64,000 bases of DNA from Polymorphobacter sp. (GCA_049318305.1 JBMOGO010000004.1:653-64652), one strand, 5' to 3'. Positions 26,077 through 36,644 are shown, counted from the first letter of the stretch. Numbers and translations are program-made. The notes: generated by a model from the sequence alone, not told the origin.

Positions 26077-28523
26077 AGGCTGCCTCCATCAATGGCGGTA
26101 AAGTCGGGTGCGCGATCGGCGCCGGCCTCGCCGGGCGACCACCAATATTCCTGTTCCATTTCGCGGCGCGCGCGCGCTTCGATCCGGTCAAAGGCGCGGC
26201 CGGCGTCGGGGTCTATCTCTTTCGCCACCTGGTCGAAAAAGATGCGGTTGAACGCCAATCGGCCATACCACAGCGAAGCCCCCGGCGTGTTGGCCTTGGC
26301 AAATTGCACGGCCTCGCTGCCGAAATTGGTTTCCGCGCCCTTGGCGGCTTCCTTCAGGTTGCCGGCTGTCAGATCAATGATGGCTTTGGCCTCGCCCGCG
26401 ACCGGCCCCAACAGTGTCTGTTCGAAGTTGCCGCCATAGCGCGAGGTGTCAGCATACAGCAGATCACCGAACAGCCCGGCACCGCCGCCCTGGATGAACG
26501 CTGCTCCCCAGAATTTGCCCGTCGTCATGTCGCGCGGGTCCTTGCCGGCGATCATGTCTTTCATCTGCAACGCCAGCGCGCCGAACGCCGTTGTCGCGAT
26601 CATCACATTGGCGACATAGGCGGCGCGGCTCATCGGCCCCTTGGCGATCGTCATGCGCAGGCCGTGCGTCATGATGATGGACACCGGGAATGCCTTGAAC
26701 TGCATCACCGATCGCCACAATTCGCCGCTCGCCGTGCCGGCCTGCAAGCCACCGGTCATCACCGCGCGCGCCCGCAAAGTCGCCTCGGGCACGGCAAAGC
26801 GGGTTTCGCTCTGGATCATTTCCAGCACCCGGTTGCGGAGCGCCTGGTCAGCAACCTCGTCGGGCCGCAGATAGCTGGCGCCCTTGTGTTCATACAGCGG
26901 CGTCGCCCGCAACGCCTCCCAATCGGCGGCACCGATGCCATAGCGGTCCAGCGCGGCGCGCAAGCCCTTGTCGAGCGTGTCGAATGGGATGGCGGCGGCG
27001 CGGCCCAGCGCGTGCATGAATTCCATGCCAAACGCCCATTTGCCGGCCTGCGTCCATGCCGAAAGGCCCGATGCGCGCAACACGCCGCTGGCAAGCCGGC
27101 GCGCGACCTCGGGGGTGTTTACGCTGTCGTCATACCGCCACAGGCTGCCCATGCGCGATGCAGCTTCTTCGGCGATCAATCCTGACGATATTGCAAAGTC
27201 TTGGTCATCGCTATTCTTCAACAGCTTGACGTAATTGCCGATGATATTGCCATATTCAAGACCGTTGAACCGCGCCGTGACATTCTGAAAGCCAAGGTCG
27301 GTAACCGCCGATATCGTTGCCCCGCCCAGCTTCGCCGACGTCTGCATCGCGCGAAAGGTTGAAAACCCGCGCGCCATCGTGCTGTTCACCGGCCGGTTGG
27401 TTTCGCCGTTGAACACGCCCATCATCCGCTTGATCTGCGATTTCGCCCCCATCGCCTGGTTCAACATCGCCGTGAAACGGTCGCCGGCAACGCTCGATGC
27501 CTTCACGTCCTTTTCCAGAAGATCGGTCAGCCAGCGCACCGTGACATTGGGCGATGGCCCCAATATCTCCATCTGCGCAATGTCGCGCGCCATGCCGTCA
27601 ATATGCCCCATCATGGCATCCCAGGGGCTTTCCAGCCCGAATTGCTGCTGATACTCCATCCAGGTCGTCGCATCGCGGAACACGAAAAACCGGTGTTCGC
27701 CGCGCCGGTTGCCCAGCTTGGGGGGAAATCCGCCGCCCGGCGTCATGTCGTCCATGCCGTCGCTGCGAATGCTGTTGAACGCCTCACGGAGCGACAATTC
27801 AAACTGCACCGCGCTGAACGGCTTGCCGGTAAAGCCATCGACCATGCGGCTCATGTCCAGCCTTGGCACGATGAAATCGCGCCACGCTTCAAACGACACC
27901 TGCCGCACCTTGGCCGATAGATGCGCTTGCGGCATCCCCCAATCACCGCGCACCGCGATATGCCCGCCGGCGGCGTTGAACCGCTTGCGCAATTTGTCGG
28001 CCGTCGCCGCCCATGCCTTGGCCAATTCTGCCGCCGATGTGTCGCCGGTCGCCTCGCCGAACGCTTCGCGCACCACGTTGCGCAGCTGCGCCGGGTTGCG
28101 CGTGCGGCCGGCCAGGTCATGGCTGAACTTCGATAGCAACTCCGTGATGCCAGCGTGCGCCTCGCCCAATATCGCTCGCTTGCGCGCGTCCAGATTGGCG
28201 ATGCCGCGCGTCGTGCCTTCCATGTCGAAATGCGCGATCGCGGCTTTTGCCGCCGTGCTGCCCTCGGCCATGGTCCGCACGATATTGCCGACGATGGTTT
28301 TCTGCGCCGCCACCTGCAACAGCGTCTGCCGGCGCTTCTCCATCAATTCGCGTTCGATCGCTTCAACCGTGTCCTTGGTCGCCGCCGCCGCCGCCTGCAC
28401 TTCGCCCATGGTCGCGCCATACTGCCGCGCCAATTCGGCATAGTGCGCGGCATAGGCATCGGCCCGCTCGGCATCCAGCCCGCCCTTGGCTTTCAGGTCC
28501 GCGATGCAAACCGCCAGCGTCAC
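26073..28523 (-). CDS. large internal virion (ejection/core) protein
   Basis: 816 aa. GTG start after GGAGG. Helical, Ala-rich, with C-terminal hydrophobic segments. Sits in the gp15/gp16 position between core genes and the tail fiber. Confidence 0.5.
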   Translation of the reverse strand: MTLAVCIADLKAKGGLDAERADAYAAHYAELARQYGATMGEVQAAAAATKDTVEAIERELMEKRRQTLLQVAAQKTIVGNIVRTMAEGSTAAKAAIAHFDMEGTTRGIANLDARKRAILGEAHAGITELLSKFSHDLAGRTRNPAQLRNVVREAFGEATGDTSAAELAKAWAATADKLRKRFNAAGGHIAVRGDWGMPQAHLSAKVRQVSFEAWRDFIVPRLDMSRMVDGFTGKPFSAVQFELSLREAFNSIRSDGMDDMTPGGGFPPKLGNRRGEHRFFVFRDATTWMEYQQQFGLESPWDAMMGHIDGMARDIAQMEILGPSPNVTVRWLTDLLEKDVKASSVAGDRFTAMLNQAMGAKSQIKRMMGVFNGETNRPVNSTMARGFSTFRAMQTSAKLGGATISAVTDLGFQNVTARFNGLEYGNIIGNYVKLLKNSDDQDFAISSGLIAEEAASRMGSLWRYDDSVNTPEVARRLASGVLRASGLSAWTQAGKWAFGMEFMHALGRAAAIPFDTLDKGLRAALDRYGIGAADWEALRATPLYEHKGASYLRPDEVADQALRNRVLEMIQSETRFAVPEATLRARAVMTGGLQAGTASGELWRSVMQFKAFPVSIIMTHGLRMTIAKGPMSRAAYVANVMIATTAFGALALQMKDMIAGKDPRDMTTGKFWGAAFIQGGGAGLFGDLLYADTSRYGGNFEQTLLGPVAGEAKAIIDLTAGNLKEAAKGAETNFGSEAVQFAKANTPGASLWYGRLAFNRIFFDQVAKEIDPDAGRAFDRIEARARREMEQEYWWSPGEAGADRAPDFTAIDGGSL

Positions 28524-28587
28524 AGCGTTTGCCTCCGGTCTTGTTCGCTAACGCTCATCGCCTTCGTCCGGTTTTGTTCGCTGGCGC

Positions 28588-31539
28588 TCACAGGCACCCC
28601 CGCAGCTGCTGGATGGCCGCGTCGTCGGCATCGAACTCGGCCAGCAAATCCGCCGGCGTCGCCGCCCGCCCATCGGGCAGCGCGAAAATGTCGATCTGGT
28701 CGCGGCCGGCATCGAACGGCCCGCCGGCCATCTGGTCGGCTGCCTGCTGCCCGCCGCGCCGCATCTGGCTCTGCTGCAACCGCGCCGCCATTTCGGCCCG
28801 CTGCGCCTCGGTCATCCCGCCCGCCGGCGGCGCCTGCTCGGCATCGAGGCCCAGCGATCCCGTCGCCGTGTCGCCGATCGGCGCGGCCTCACCATTGTCC
28901 GCGCCGGCGTTTGGCGCTATATCGCTTGCCTGCTCCGGCCCGGAGTAGCTTGTCCGTCCGGGCGGTAACGGTGAGGCCGGCCTGTCCTGCGTCACACCCG
29001 GAGCAGGTTCATCCCTCTGAAACGCGGTCAACAGCCAGGTCTTGGCGCGGCCGTCATATTCAAGCCGCACGGCGGCGCGGTGCGTCGCGCTCTGCAACTG
29101 GATGCGATTGGCGCTACGGCTGCGGATCGTCATGGCCTGCAACAATTCCGGCAGGTTCGCCACAACGTCGGGGTGCCACCGCAGCAGCTTTGCCAACCCT
29201 TGGCCGTCGCTCTTGCCCGTTCCGGCTTTCCCGTAAATCAGGTCGATCTTGCCGATCTCCGGGTGCGACAGCACGGCCGGCACTTCGCCGTCCTGGTCGG
29301 CCGTCAGCCGTGCGACAGCACCGGCATAGTCACCGCTCAAATCCGCATGAATGGGGCCGTGCGCGCCGATGCTGCCGCCGGCCTCGGCAAAGGCATCGCG
29401 CGCGGCGGCAATGTCGTCGTCTGTTTTGGCGGGCGGCGTGTTATCCGCCGCCGCGCCGACTTCCGCCCTAAGGTCATGCTCCAGCGCCTCCGTCTGCGCC
29501 GCTGGACCGTCCCCCTGGGGGCTGTCGAAGCCTTCTAGGGCTTCGCTGCCGGCGGCGGCGTCGGCGGCGCTGTAGGGGCCGCGCTGGCCGTCTGTGGCCG
29601 CGTCCGCTGCAACGCTGTCAGGTTGCGCGCCGCCAGCGCCGCCTTCGCCCGCGTTTCCGGGTGCAGCCGCTCGTCCGCCGCGATCCGCTCCGCCAGTTCG
29701 ATCCGCTGTGCCCGGTCCATCGTCATCTCCAAAGAATGCCGCTTCATAGTCGTCGCCGTCAAGGCTCGCCCGCGCTTCCGCCATCGCCTCGGTCAGCCGG
29801 TCGTTGATGTGCAATTCAACCGCCGCGTCCACCTCCATGCCGCCGCCGATGCGCTGCAACAGCGCGCCTATGTCGGCCTCGTCGGCAATCTCTACGTTCA
29901 TGTCCTTGGCGGCGGCGGCGATGCGCTCGCGGTAATCCGCCTCCCATTGGTCATTGATATTGGCTTCGCCGATCAGCGACGCCTCTACTTCCTCGGGGTG
30001 GTAAATCTTGTCGCGGTGCGCCCGGTCCAACAGGTCCAGAATATCGGCTTCGGTCGGCCGGTCCTGCCCCGGAAACCACCCGCGTTCATAAAGATACTCG
30101 CCCAACTCATCGATCTTCATGCCGTTCTTGCGGATGACCGGCCCGCTGCCGCCGATCATCCGCCGGCCCATCGTGCCCGCCAGGTCATGGCGCGGCCGGC
30201 CGGTGCTGGGGTTGATCGTGTCCTGCACGCCGCCCGCGTCGGCAATCTCGGTCAGCAGGTCGACCGGCCCCCGCCGCATGATCGGCCGGCGGAATTTCTG
30301 CGCCCGGCCTTCCTTGGCAGCGCCGGCGATAATCAACCCGCGCGCCTTGCCGCTGCTCGCCAGCGACGACAGCACGGCATAACCCTCCATCGGCGTCAGG
30401 TCGAACGCCTCGGCAATGCCGTCCGCCGTCAACGGCCCGGCCTTGCGGTCGCGGGCATAGGCAATCGCCCGGTCCAGATACGGCGCCGGGTCGAACCCTT
30501 CCACGATCGGCGCGGGCTTCGGCGCCGGCGCTGGCTCATCGAACACCGCCGGGTTAACCGGCCGGTCGTTTTCCAGCGCGTCCACCGCCTCGCTCAACCG
30601 CGTGCCATGCGCGGCATCGCCTTCCGGCGTCGGCGGATAGGGCGATGCGGCGATATCGCGCGCCGCGCTGTCCAGCACCGCCACCGCATCGGCCTCGGCC
30701 GGCGTCAATGGTCGGTCCAGCGCCTTCATTTCGCGCGCGATGCGCCGCACGCTCATCGCGCCACCGATGCCTTGGCCGATGCCGCCCAGCACCGCACCCG
30801 CCGCGCCCGATATCGCCAGGTCCAGCGCCGCATCGCCGGCAGAATATTCCAGGCCCAATTCGGCCATGTTGGCGGCTTTCACCGGCAACACCGGCACGGT
30901 GGCGGCGGCGTTCACCACGCCCTCGCTCACCGCCGCAATGCCGATGCGCCGCGCCGTGCCCAATGCCACCTTGCCGCCGAACAACCGTTCGGCCAGCGCC
31001 ACGCCGGCACCGCCCACCGGCGCCGTCACCGCCATGATGCCCAGCTGCAACGGATCTTCGAAACTGGCGGCAACGCTGCCGGCAAAGCTGGCGGCACTGT
31101 CGGTCAGCCCCTTGCCGCGCCCCAGCACTTCGCTGCTTTCGTCATAATCGCGTCGCCGCGCCGCGATGATCGCGGCATCAAATTCGGCGGCGTTGCCGGC
31201 GCCCGTCAAGAAACTCGGGTTGCGTTCGCGCTCGGCTGCCACATCGGCCCAAATCCGCGGTGCAACGGTCGGGTTCAACACATAGTCGCTGCGCAGCGCA
31301 TCATCGCCATATTTGACCGCGCGGCCATCGGCGCCGGTAAAGCCGGTGCGACCGCGCTGGCGCAGCGCCGCCACCACGTCCTTGCCCAATCGCCCGGCAT
31401 ACAGGTTGCGCGTCGTGGACAGGTCGATGGCCTGATACTGCCGCCGCGCCGCGCTGAACAATTCCGGCGCCGTCGCCGGTGGCCCGGCATAACCCGGCTG
31501 CAACGACCTTCCAGGATCGGGGGCGTCCCAATCGATCAT
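28588..31539 (-). CDS. very large internal virion protein, multi-domain (polyvalent-type), with possible small nuclease-like module
   Basis: 983 aa. N-terminal hydrophobic Gly-rich segment, several globular blocks separated by acidic/Pro/Gly linkers. Block at aa 728-843 contains IDLIYGKAGTGKSDGQGLAKLLRWHPDV...WLLTAFQRD. Confidence 0.5.
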   Translation of the reverse strand: MIDWDAPDPGRSLQPGYAGPPATAPELFSAARRQYQAIDLSTTRNLYAGRLGKDVVAALRQRGRTGFTGADGRAVKYGDDALRSDYVLNPTVAPRIWADVAAERERNPSFLTGAGNAAEFDAAIIAARRRDYDESSEVLGRGKGLTDSAASFAGSVAASFEDPLQLGIMAVTAPVGGAGVALAERLFGGKVALGTARRIGIAAVSEGVVNAAATVPVLPVKAANMAELGLEYSAGDAALDLAISGAAGAVLGGIGQGIGGAMSVRRIAREMKALDRPLTPAEADAVAVLDSAARDIAASPYPPTPEGDAAHGTRLSEAVDALENDRPVNPAVFDEPAPAPKPAPIVEGFDPAPYLDRAIAYARDRKAGPLTADGIAEAFDLTPMEGYAVLSSLASSGKARGLIIAGAAKEGRAQKFRRPIMRRGPVDLLTEIADAGGVQDTINPSTGRPRHDLAGTMGRRMIGGSGPVIRKNGMKIDELGEYLYERGWFPGQDRPTEADILDLLDRAHRDKIYHPEEVEASLIGEANINDQWEADYRERIAAAAKDMNVEIADEADIGALLQRIGGGMEVDAAVELHINDRLTEAMAEARASLDGDDYEAAFFGDDDGPGTADRTGGADRGGRAAAPGNAGEGGAGGAQPDSVAADAATDGQRGPYSAADAAAGSEALEGFDSPQGDGPAAQTEALEHDLRAEVGAAADNTPPAKTDDDIAAARDAFAEAGGSIGAHGPIHADLSGDYAGAVARLTADQDGEVPAVLSHPEIGKIDLIYGKAGTGKSDGQGLAKLLRWHPDVVANLPELLQAMTIRSRSANRIQLQSATHRAAVRLEYDGRAKTWLLTAFQRDEPAPGVTQDRPASPLPPGRTSYSGPEQASDIAPNAGADNGEAAPIGDTATGSLGLDAEQAPPAGGMTEAQRAEMAARLQQSQMRRGGQQAADQMAGGPFDAGRDQIDIFALPDGRAATPADLLAEFDADDAAIQQLRGCL

Positions 31540-33587
31540 GGCGTGGGGCCGCGCTGATTGATCGCCAGCACGAAATTGCCGCCGCTGGCTCGTTTCACTG
31601 GTGTGCCGTCGATTTCTACTTCGTAGCGCCCGTCGCCTATCGAAACCAATTGGCCCCGGCGTATCCAGTTCGCCGGGACTAGACGGCCACGATTATCGAT
31701 CGGAGCGCCGCCCGGCACTTTGGCCAGCGCGGCATCGTCGATTGCACCGATTGCAGCTTCAAACTCGTTTTGGCTGACCCCGGATGGCAATATCGTTTTG
31801 CTATTGTTCCATTCGCCAATGCCGCCGCGCATCGTGTTGCTTGCGTCGCGATAGCCGCCAAGTGCAGCATTCACTGCGTTCATGAACGCGCCGTCATTCC
31901 ACTCACTGTTCCCGGCTCTCACCCATCGGGATGCGTAGAGCGCCCTTGATGTTTCTGATATCGCGCCGGTCAATTGCGGCCGCGCTTTCAAAATCTGCGT
32001 TAATCCGGCCTCGGCAAACACGGCATCGGCCCGGCGAGTGTCGATGACCTTGGGGTTGGCGCGCAGCAATTCGCGCCCGGTCTGGATATCGGCGACATTC
32101 TTCATGCCGCCGGCACCGGGGATCATCGACAGGCCGACCATGTGCGCCGCTGCCGCATCCTTGGGCGCAATCTGCCGCGCCACCGCAAAGGCGCCTTCCT
32201 TGCCGAACGCGCGTAACGCGGTCACCGCCGCCACCGCTTCGGCCGGCGTGCCGCTCAACCGGCCGCTCATCGCCCCGGCTTCCTCGTCGGTCAAAATGCG
32301 CAGCGGCGTGCCATACCGCCGGGCTGCCGCCTTGCCGGCCTGCACCCGCGCCGCAAAGCTGGCGGGGTTGTTGGGGTCCAGCGGCGCCACCGCTACCACG
32401 CCCTCGCGCGCGGCGAAACTCAATGGGTCATTGGCCAATTCGCGCTTGGCGGTGTTCAAATAATCGCTCGCCGCCTCGCGGGCGATCATGTCCTCGGTGC
32501 TGGCATTGGCACCGGCCTTGCTAATGCGCGCCGACAAATCGTTGATATAGCCTTGCACCGCCACCGGCGGTTGCCCTTTCAGGCTCTGCACGGTCAGGCT
32601 CTTGATGCCCAGATTTGCGGTGGTGCGCGCCAGTTCGGGGTTGCCCGCCTGCACCGCTGCCGTCGTCGCCTGCCGGATTTCCTGCGCGGTCACCACGCCG
32701 CCATCGCGCAATCGATCGTTCAGCGCCTGCACATTGTCGGTCACCTGTTCGCGGTAATCGCGCTCGGCCTGCCGCCGGTCGCGCTCGGCATCCCGCGCCG
32801 CGCGCTCGCGCTCGCGCTGTTCCTGCCGCGCCGCCGCCTCGCGCCCCTTGATTTCGCTGTCAACGCCATTGCGCAGCATCTGCAACTTGTCGGGGTCGAT
32901 CAACCCGCCCAGCGCGCCGCTGTCCAGATAGTCGCGCGCCTTGTAGGGGTCGCGCTCGCGCAGCCCCTGGATGAACGACAGGCCCAGCCCGGTGCGCGCC
33001 TCGGTCGCCAGCTTCACCTTGCTGGCATCGGGCAGCGACAGCGCATCGATGACGCCAAGGCTGCGCTCCACGGCGAGGCGCAACCCCGCTTTGGTCGGGT
33101 TGGCATAGACGGTCGCGCGGTCCAGATCGACGGCGCTGGTTACATCGGTCACCAATTTGTCGGCGCGCGCCCCGGCTTCCCAGCCACCTTCCTGCACCTG
33201 CAATCGCGCTCGCTCCTGCGCAATCTGCACCTGCGCCCATCGCGCTGTTTCGCGGTCGGTAATGCCGGCGCTGATCGCGCCCGCCTGCTTGTCGAAATCC
33301 GCCAGCACGGCATCCTTGTGCCCGGCACCGCCGGCGGCGGCGCTGCTGCGCAACCGCGTCACCGTCTCGCCGCTCGCCGCCGACAGCTGCGCCAGCTGCA
33401 CGCCGGCGGCGGCGCGCGCATCTTCGCGCTCGCGCTGCCGCGCCTGGTCGCGGCGCTCTATCGCCAAATCTTCAAACCCGCCGATCGCGGCGGCGACGCC
33501 AGCGCCGAACGCGGCCGGGGTGGCGCGCGGCTGCTCCACCGCCACGCCCGGCGCCACCTGCTGCTGATAGGTGCGAATAACCGGCAT
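31536..33587 (-). CDS. internal virion core protein (gp15-position)
   Basis: 683 aa. Long Arg/Glu coiled-coil stretch (REAAARQEQRERERAARDAERDRRQAERDYRE). Overlapping stop/start with neighbours. Confidence 0.5.
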   Translation of the reverse strand: MPVIRTYQQQVAPGVAVEQPRATPAAFGAGVAAAIGGFEDLAIERRDQARQREREDARAAAGVQLAQLSAASGETVTRLRSSAAAGGAGHKDAVLADFDKQAGAISAGITDRETARWAQVQIAQERARLQVQEGGWEAGARADKLVTDVTSAVDLDRATVYANPTKAGLRLAVERSLGVIDALSLPDASKVKLATEARTGLGLSFIQGLRERDPYKARDYLDSGALGGLIDPDKLQMLRNGVDSEIKGREAAARQEQRERERAARDAERDRRQAERDYREQVTDNVQALNDRLRDGGVVTAQEIRQATTAAVQAGNPELARTTANLGIKSLTVQSLKGQPPVAVQGYINDLSARISKAGANASTEDMIAREAASDYLNTAKRELANDPLSFAAREGVVAVAPLDPNNPASFAARVQAGKAAARRYGTPLRILTDEEAGAMSGRLSGTPAEAVAAVTALRAFGKEGAFAVARQIAPKDAAAAHMVGLSMIPGAGGMKNVADIQTGRELLRANPKVIDTRRADAVFAEAGLTQILKARPQLTGAISETSRALYASRWVRAGNSEWNDGAFMNAVNAALGGYRDASNTMRGGIGEWNNSKTILPSGVSQNEFEAAIGAIDDAALAKVPGGAPIDNRGRLVPANWIRRGQLVSIGDGRYEVEIDGTPVKRASGGNFVLAINQRGPTP

Positions 33588-33976
33588 CAGCCGCCACCCC
33601 CAAAGGCGCGCGCGGCATCTTCCGCCGTTCCGATAATGCCCTGCACCAGCGCCGCGCGCCCGGTGGCCCGCGCAAGGCCGGCTTCGCCGATCTTGCCGCG
33701 CCGCATGTTCTCGGCGCGCGTGCGGATGGTCAGCTGGTCCAGTTCGGCATTCACGGCATTTTCGCGCAACAGGTCCAGCGCGCTGCCGGTGCCCAGCTGC
33801 ATACCCGACTGGCCTTGCGCGGCGATCGCCTCGCCGGCGGCGTAACGCGCTTCTTCACGCACCCGTGCTTCGGCGGCGGCGCCATCCTGCTGCGCTGCCA
33901 CCGCGTCGCGCTCGGCCGCGCGGGCATTGTAATTGCCCGCCTGCATCCCGCTGATACCTGCCAGTGCCTTGCTCAT
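33587..33976 (-). CDS. small internal virion protein (gp14-position)
   Basis: 129 aa, Ala/Gln/Gly-rich helical protein. Coupled to flanking virion genes. Confidence 0.4.
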   Translation of the reverse strand: MSKALAGISGMQAGNYNARAAERDAVAAQQDGAAAEARVREEARYAAGEAIAAQGQSGMQLGTGSALDLLRENAVNAELDQLTIRTRAENMRRGKIGEAGLARATGRAALVQGIIGTAEDAARAFGGGG

Positions 33977-34410
33977 GCCCTTATGCTTTCAAACAGAACA
34001 TGGTCGGTCGCGGTCGGCCCCCAGCACCGGACATAGGCGCTCTGGCGCATTCCCATCACCGTCGCCCATTCCAGCGCCTCGGGAAAATCGGCGCGCACCA
34101 GCGCCTCCACGCGCGGCCACCGGCTGTTGGCCATCGCCCATCGCGCTTGACGGGTTATCGCCGTCATGGCGCTGCCGATGCTTGACGACAGCAACGCCCA
34201 CGCCACCGCCTGGGTCGGGAACAATTCCAGCAACCCGCCGCAACCGATAATCGTGCCATCGCGCTCGGCCGTCCATGCCCAGCCACCGGCGGCAACCGTC
34301 TCGCCATAGGCAAGATCGATCGCACCGGCTTCCAGCGCCTGGCACGGCTGCAAATCCACGGCCAGCACGTCCGCCGGCAACAGCTGCCGAATGATGGTGC
34401 GGCCCGTCAT
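33973..34410 (-). CDS. small virion-module protein at the T7 gp13 position (possibly acetyltransferase-fold-like)
   Basis: 145 aa. Located directly after tail tubular B, as gp13 is in T7. Fold assignment is only a guess. Confidence 0.35.
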   Translation of the reverse strand: MTGRTIIRQLLPADVLAVDLQPCQALEAGAIDLAYGETVAAGGWAWTAERDGTIIGCGGLLELFPTQAVAWALLSSSIGSAMTAITRQARWAMANSRWPRVEALVRADFPEALEWATVMGMRQSAYVRCWGPTATDHVLFESIRA

Positions 34411-36644
34411 GCGCTGCCGCTTTCGAACACCGGCATGATCGCGGCGATGGTGAACGGCAACGGGTCGCGGCTTTCCAGCACGACAATGCCGGCATCGCTA
34501 AACCCATCGGGAAAGCCCTGCCGCTTGTCGCCGCTGAACAATGGCAAGGCGGTGTCCATGGCGTTCGCCGGTGCCCGCCGGAATATCTCGTCAAACGTGC
34601 CGCCCGCGCCGCCGATGCGCACCCCCATGGTGTCAAGCAGCCGCAACGCCAGCTTGACGATCCGCTTCAACCGCCCCTGAATGCTGCCTTCGCCGGCCTG
34701 GTAATCGATCCGCATGGTTTCCACCCGCGCCGTGAACGGCAGGCCGATATGGATTTTGGATGCCAGCAAGCTATTGGCCAGCGTCGCCGTGCCCGCGCCG
34801 CTCACCACCAGCGGCGGATGCGTCGCGCCGTCGACCAGCGCGGTGACGGTCGCCCCGGCAAGGTGTTCCAGATTGCCGATGCTCGCCACTGGCACCCCGT
34901 CATAGGACAGCCCGCAATCGACAAAATAGGCATCAGCCACCGCGTCGCCGTCGTCGCGGAACGCATCAAGCCGCTCGATCGCGCGCAGCACCGTGCCCGC
35001 CACCGTCCGCACCGTCGCCAGCCATAACTGATCGCTGCCGCCATCGGGCGCCGGAATGACCGCCAGGCTTTCGGTCAAGCCGCCACCGCCCAGCACCATG
35101 CGGCTCCACCCGCGCACGGTCTCATCTTCGGAATAGGTCAGGCTGACCAATCCGCCATCACCGCGCGCGCCCCAAATCAACGCCTCCGGCTCGGCCTGCA
35201 TCGCCAGTTCGGCCAGTCCGCTGCGCGTGATATGCTGGCTGCGCACCGTCAAATCGGGCGCGGTGTAGCGATCGGCCTGAAAATCATATCCCATCTGCCG
35301 CAGCTTCCTGCCGCCGCGCTGCACGAACATGATCCGCGTGCCCGCCGGCACCGGCCGCACATCGGCGCTGCCATATTGGCTTTGGCGCGGCGCAACGATA
35401 TTGCCCTGGCTCACCGCCGCCTGATTGTTCACCGCCTGCACCGCATATTCGGCGGTTTCGGTGCCAACGATCAGCTGGCGGTCGCCTTCGATCCACTGGA
35501 TTTCATCGGCACCCGGCAGTTTGAATTGCAACGCCCGGTCGGCCGTCAACAGCCCGGCATCATCACGCGGCGCAAAATTGGCGAAATCACCGACAACGCT
35601 GGCAAACAGCGCGTTGCGCTTGGCATAAATCAGGCGTTCGTTCCACACCGTCACGCATGACGGCCAGCCTTCGGCATCGGAAAAGGCGCCTTGCGCCCAG
35701 CGCCAGCTGGCGTTGCCGCTGCCGACGACATTGGCCGGCAACGTCAACTGCACCGTGCCGGTAACAATCGTGGCGCTGGTGAAACCGGTAATCAGCACCA
35801 CGCCATATTTGCCATATTGATATTCCCACAGCACGCCGCCGGCGTCCTTGGCGTTGATATCCTTCAAACTGCCCATGCCGTCCCAGGCGCGGCCCTCGGT
35901 GTGGATCGGCTGCACGCTGCCGGTGCGCAGGCTGCCCGATGGCGGCAGCGTGATCGCCTTGTAAACCTTGCCGTCGCTGCGCCGCAGGTCATTAACCGCA
36001 ACTTCAATGCCCGGCTCCCACGCCTTGATATCGCGGAAATCGACAATTTCGAGATAGAACAGCCCGCCGACATGCCCGGCGCTCCACAGCGCGGCGCTGG
36101 CCGTCAACGTCACCGCGCCGCTGCTGGCGTTGGCATAAACCGTCACCGTCTTGTCGGTGTTGGCGTCGTTGAACGGCCCGCCGGTCAGCGTGTGCGCCGA
36201 CAGCGCAAATGTCGTCGGCCCGGTGCGGCTCAACTTGCGCTGCTGCCGCGCGCCATCGACCAGGTAAAGCACGTCGTTGGACTGGTGCCAGTTCAGCGCC
36301 GCCAAATCTGCGGTGCCCCACGGCGTCACCGTCTCGATCGGCACGCCGGCGCTCTCCACGCGGCCATTGTTGGTGAAATAGCGAAAGGTCAGGTTCGACG
36401 CTTCGATCACATAGCCTTGCGTCAGGCGCGGCGTGAACGGGATCAACCGGCACCGCGCCGCCTGGTTCTTGGCGGTTTCGACAAACCGCGTGCCCGGCCG
36501 CTTCGTTGCCGGTCCCTGCACCAATGGCACCATGTTGGTCATCACGGCAGCGCCGTTCTGATAGGCGGCAAGGTCGGGCCGGCCGCTCATGCGCGCCGAC
36601 AATTCGCCGGCGTTGAAACTGGTCTGGATGGTGGCAACCGGCAT
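34407..36644 (-). CDS. tail tubular protein B (T7 gp12-like nozzle)
   Basis: 745 aa from MPVATIQTSFNAGELSARMSGRPDLAAYQNGAAVMTNMVPLVQGPATKRPGTRF, an N-terminal pattern I associate with gp12-like proteins. Size and position after the tubular A gene fit. Confidence 0.7.
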   Translation of the reverse strand: MPVATIQTSFNAGELSARMSGRPDLAAYQNGAAVMTNMVPLVQGPATKRPGTRFVETAKNQAARCRLIPFTPRLTQGYVIEASNLTFRYFTNNGRVESAGVPIETVTPWGTADLAALNWHQSNDVLYLVDGARQQRKLSRTGPTTFALSAHTLTGGPFNDANTDKTVTVYANASSGAVTLTASAALWSAGHVGGLFYLEIVDFRDIKAWEPGIEVAVNDLRRSDGKVYKAITLPPSGSLRTGSVQPIHTEGRAWDGMGSLKDINAKDAGGVLWEYQYGKYGVVLITGFTSATIVTGTVQLTLPANVVGSGNASWRWAQGAFSDAEGWPSCVTVWNERLIYAKRNALFASVVGDFANFAPRDDAGLLTADRALQFKLPGADEIQWIEGDRQLIVGTETAEYAVQAVNNQAAVSQGNIVAPRQSQYGSADVRPVPAGTRIMFVQRGGRKLRQMGYDFQADRYTAPDLTVRSQHITRSGLAELAMQAEPEALIWGARGDGGLVSLTYSEDETVRGWSRMVLGGGGLTESLAVIPAPDGGSDQLWLATVRTVAGTVLRAIERLDAFRDDGDAVADAYFVDCGLSYDGVPVASIGNLEHLAGATVTALVDGATHPPLVVSGAGTATLANSLLASKIHIGLPFTARVETMRIDYQAGEGSIQGRLKRIVKLALRLLDTMGVRIGGAGGTFDEIFRRAPANAMDTALPLFSGDKRQGFPDGFSDAGIVVLESRDPLPFTIAAIMPVFESGSA

